Below are positions 59,866-64,000 of a DNA stretch of 64,000 nt, in pieces (position 1 is the stretch's first letter; each line of letters starts with the position of its first letter). Made by a program: the position numbers and the translations under genes. The notes beneath the pieces are model-generated. The model was not told the DNA's origin, made no database searches, and was given only the letters and a program-made list of their open reading frames with translations. Location of the stretch: contig NC_059439.1 of the NCBI RefSeq assembly GCF_021028975.2, positions 22,010,001 through 22,074,000 of the forward strand. Reading direction: 5' to 3'. The DNA is from Sphaerodactylus townsendi. Taxonomy: Eukaryota.

Positions 59866-61636
59866 TCCCAGATATAACTTTGTCCCCTAGAAAAATTCAT
59901 TCCCCTAGTCAAAACTTCACCAAGAATGTAGGGCACAATGTCAGCAAAATCTGTTTTTTTGTCATGTGCTTGAATGGCTCTGAAGAGAAGATATTAAAAC
60001 TAGTGATTAAAGCTAGATATTAGATATAACTAGATATAACTAGATATTAAAGCTACGTGTTGGTCTGCAGTCAAAAGACTCATTTCAAATTCAGAATCTG
60101 AGACCAACAAATTTTGGAGCATAAGCTTTTACATCACACCCTCTCCCAATTTTAGAAACTTTTCAATGCAGTAACGACATTTAGGGTAAGTTTTCTATTC
60201 CACATGCAAGGTCTCTGCTCTGAGGAGTTCATTCCTTCATTGTGTCCTCTAGTTATGAGGATGAATTTTATTCTACTTCCATGGCCTCTACCCTTATGAA
60301 TTCATTCCTTTGTTGTGTCCACACCTCTAGTTATGAGGATGTATTTAAAATGTTGCTGCAACAAATGATCCATTCCTTTTACTACTAAATATTGTCTGTG
60401 TCCTAGATCAGTCCTTCAAGTTGTTTGAATCCTCAGAAGATATTAAAAACTTTTTTGGACCTTATAATCCCATTTGTCCATACCAGGGAAAGAAATGCAT
60501 GCAGTATATGCACCCTCCCACTGAAATTCAGGCCCACCACTATACCCCACTCTGAATTCCCTGCTGCCTTAGATGAGGGGATGGCTCCTTGCTCTTGCCA
60601 GATGCTCTAATTATTGTGTCAGACAACCTTTAGAATTAATCAATTGTTCTGGAAAAGCTTCCAAAGTGAAAATCATTGGCTGCCGATGCTTCATAATTTT
60701 TCCCTTCAAGTGCTTAATTTGTGGGAATTAATAGGATATTGAATTATGGATAAACTGGAACCTTTCTTTCTTTTAGTCCTCTGGAAGCCATGGTTTAAAA
60801 AGAGCACTTACGGTGAAATTGTACTGTGCTGTCATGTAAATTCAGTGGATTCTGTCCATTGACATGCATTATAAACAAATTAAAAGAATTGACACATTTT
60901 AATTGGCTCTTGATTGCTGATACTGGAGCCTGAAGTTTGTATTCTTATGCACTGTCCTGTGGATCATTCATCAAAACCTGTCTCTGACTCATCCTCCTGT
61001 TCATGACCATCTGTGTTTCTGGTCCAGCAGCCATGGCTGTAGGATTATCTTACTATGGATCCTGGGAGCTAAAGGGTAGCAGCAATATCAGATGAAGAAA
61101 CTTTGCGAAATACCACTCCTCCTTTTAGACGCACAGGAAAAAAGAACACTACATTTATTACATTTACAGGTCGCCCTCCAAACTCTTCTTTTTTTTTTTA
61201 CACAAAATGGATCCAAAGGTAATGATAACTTTCATTGTTCTCCTCTCCTTCATTTTATCTGCACAACACCCGTGTGAAGCAGGTTAGGCAGTGAAAGTGC
61301 TACTAGTCCAAGGTAACCCAGGAACTCCATGGCAGATTGGGTATTCAGGCCGAGATATCTCTGATGCCAGTCCCATGCTATCTCTAACTGCTACACCAAC
61401 AAGGTTTTGGTAGGTCAGGGAAGTTGTCAAACCTATTTGATTTTTAATGATGTTTTGATTCCATTACAAGTAGCAGAGGCATGTTGTGGATGTTACATGA
61501 TCAGAATTTTCTGAATAATTTCCTTTTTGGCACTCAACTTCCATGATTATTATGAAGATAGTGGACAATTTTGAAACCCTTAGCCTTATTTTTCTGATGG
61601 GTTATGCCTTTCACAGTAAACTGTAGATTCATTATA

Positions 61637-61925
61637 AGGCGTTTCCCCAATCTCCCCATTCCCCCTATGCCGCACTCTGCTCTCAGCACGTCCCCGGGCG
61701 CGTCCCCTGGTGCATCCCCCGGTGTCCCCATGACCCCGCGCTCTGTGCTGGGTCATCAAAAGATGCCATTTTCTCCAGCACCAGGGATGCTGCGCGCTGA
61801 GGGGGCGCGACAGCAGCAGCCTTGGGGCGGCTGCGCTGTCACCGCCCCTGTCATGGGGAGTGCCTGGGGACCCCGCGCTACTTGAGGAGAGTAGTGCGGG
61901 GCTTAAGGTAAGTGGGGAAAGCTCC
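61637..61925. mobile_element. GC-rich Harbinger-type MITE (second family)
   Basis: Decayed TIRs ggcgtttcccca / gtggggaaagctc; shares the ccccgcgctac...gtagtgcggggcttaagg hairpin with 32256. Confidence 0.75.
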
Positions 61926-64000
61926 ACAGATAGCTTCAGAAGACTGATGGAAAAACATCCCTTGTAGGCACTTAATCCAGTGAATATTTTTTATCAGAAA
62001 ATCATAACAGTCTACAGAGAGGAAACAACTTCTCCTGGGACCTCTGTTACTGAATGCTTCTTGAATATGGGATGAACATTCTCAACAACGATGTCAAAGA
62101 TGCATATATAAAACTTCTTTCCCACAAAGTATGCATTTACTATGGACTCAAAGTGCTCATTATTGCAGAGGATGTGGATGGATGTGGAATTCACTGTCAC
62201 CTTTTGGACATCTCTGAGCGAAAAGATGAAATCAAATGAGAAAGACTGAAAGTGCTTCCCTGGAAGGTAAAACTGTCAGTCTTCTTATCTACCCTATTCC
62301 CTTCTCAGCCAACAAGATTCTTCTTTGCCAAGTCTACTGTATTTGAATTTGCAAGATGGTAAAGACATAATCTTTTTTCAGGAGAAACATCTTTCCTCCT
62401 TTCCCCTAGTCTTAATTTATAAAGTGCTACAATATTGTAAAGAAGCAGTTGGTACATGTGGAATATGGTGCTTAAAGGTTGAAAACTAGCTATGAAGTTG
62501 AAATACTTGGGGATGAAATAAGTAACCTTACAGCTTACAATTATCTGAATGAGGCTTCATGCCTACAGTTGGCAACATGTGGTTACTGGGCAGGAATTTG
62601 CCCAATTCTTTCCCAGACTAAGGTTATGACCCAATGACTTTTCTGATCTTCCTGATCCCCACCTAGCAAAAGGTTTTTGAGTGGTCAAAGGAGACTTCTG
62701 GATATCTTTTCACTGTTGGGAAAACTGATTGGATGGAACTGATGTGTTATATAATATCTCAATATTATATTCCCCAATATGCAACCCAATATGCCAACTT
62801 GTATTTCCATAGAAACATGCTTTTATATTCTGCCCCAGTGACTGCCGTTTCCCAGCTAAACTTCTGCATAGTATGAAGAATTGTGTAATGGCACCCTATG
62901 GTAATCTCACTTGTGTGCTTCCCTTTGGGTGGTACAGACACTATGCAGATAAAGATATAACTGAATGTATGCATTGAAGCTCTATCCCTATCTTTTCCCT
63001 TATTCCTTTTCACACTAATGTACCATTTCACAGTGCCATGCAAGGAGTTTGGTATTCTCACTATTTATTAGCAAACAGTTCTCCAATCTCCACAGAGAAA
63101 TCCTATCTTCTATTTTCACAAAGTGCCTGCTGTCAATTGGACATTTCCTCTTCAGCAAGTTCCCTTCAGGGACAAGAGACTGAGGAATGCATCAAAGTCA
63201 ATGCAAATATTTTTTGTTAAAATCCTAGTAGTAATTCTTCAAGCAGGAAATATTATACTTTTTGATCATGGAAGGACAAGGGAGACTTCTATTGCTTTTA
63301 CAAACAAATATTAGTCCACCACTGAGTGAATCTATTGAATTGGGAACCTACATATGAATAGCATATCTGATTTTTACACAGCTTCATTTATCTCAATCTG
63401 CTGTACCTTACAGAAGCAAACAAAACTGCAGCCTTTTGTCAATGGGATAGATCCAGGTAACACACTGATTAAATAGGGAGGAGGCAGCATACCTGTTTGA
63501 ATTAGAAAATATCTTATTTTGAAACAGATTAATTATTACAAGTAATTCATGACAGTAATATATGTAAATAGAAGTCACATATGGCTTTTTGGGTGTGTGT
63601 CAGTATGATTCACACACAAGATTGGAAGCAAGACATATGAAGCAAGATTTCGACCTTGTCAGTGGTTGTTTGCTGTCCTGTTCTACAACCATAAAAACAC
63701 TTTTCATGATCTCCTAAGCAGACAAACTACAGTTTCTTTAGAATCATGAAAGAAATGGTCTTACTCTTTTTATCAATTAGTTTAACAATACAATCATTTT
63801 CAGAATTCAAAAGCTTGTTTGGTAGTTGGATATAAATCACGAACACATATGACCAGAAAACATAGGGCGTGGCTTTCAACTTTAATAAGGGCTGACTTTT
63901 CTTTTTTTGACACTCTTTTTTTCAACCACATTAAAAGCTTACTGCTGTTAACTGTAGTTCACCAGAGAAATTGCCACAACATTCCATGATTCAATATTTA

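Larger units (their letters stand above)
46500..64000 (+). repeat. Tandem segmental duplication of OR upstream block plus OR (copies ~46500-51270, ~55440-59880, ~61960 to beyond window)
   Basis: Collinear shared blocks such as ggaattcactgt.accttttggacatctctg, gaaaactagctatg, tagtccacca..ctgagtga and gggaacctacata in all three copies. Confidence 0.85.

Noticed and set aside
63224-63390. Cys-rich 54-aa minus-strand ORF (MKLCKNQIC...)
   Set aside because: The frame is broken in the paralogous copy near 58100-58232; no signal peptide

Overview
Vertebrate, squamate-type genomic DNA (the repeat families suggest a gecko; this is inference) from a chemosensory receptor cluster. It holds five intact single-coding-exon olfactory receptor (OR) genes and three frameshifted OR copies; at least two of these have only small indels and may be assembly errors. 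One complete six-exon vomeronasal type-2 receptor (V2R, class C GPCR, about 883 aa, all introns GT-AG and phase-compatible) lies tail-to-tail with an OR. The rest is dense with repeats: PIF/Harbinger-type MITEs (3-bp TSDs), hAT MITEs (8-bp TSDs), tRNA-derived SINEs, L2/CR1/RTE/L1 fragments, LTR-like repeats and Penelope-like (PLE) insertions, plus three N gaps. Most notable non-coding signals: two intact-looking minimal type-I hammerhead ribozymes in PLE insertions just downstream of OR stop codons, a 22-bp PLE micro-insertion with a 15-bp TSD, several dsRNA-forming structures in V2R introns, possible antisense overlap of the V2R and OR 3' UTRs, and signs of gene conversion between OR paralogs. 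I found no evidence for a wholly new biological system.
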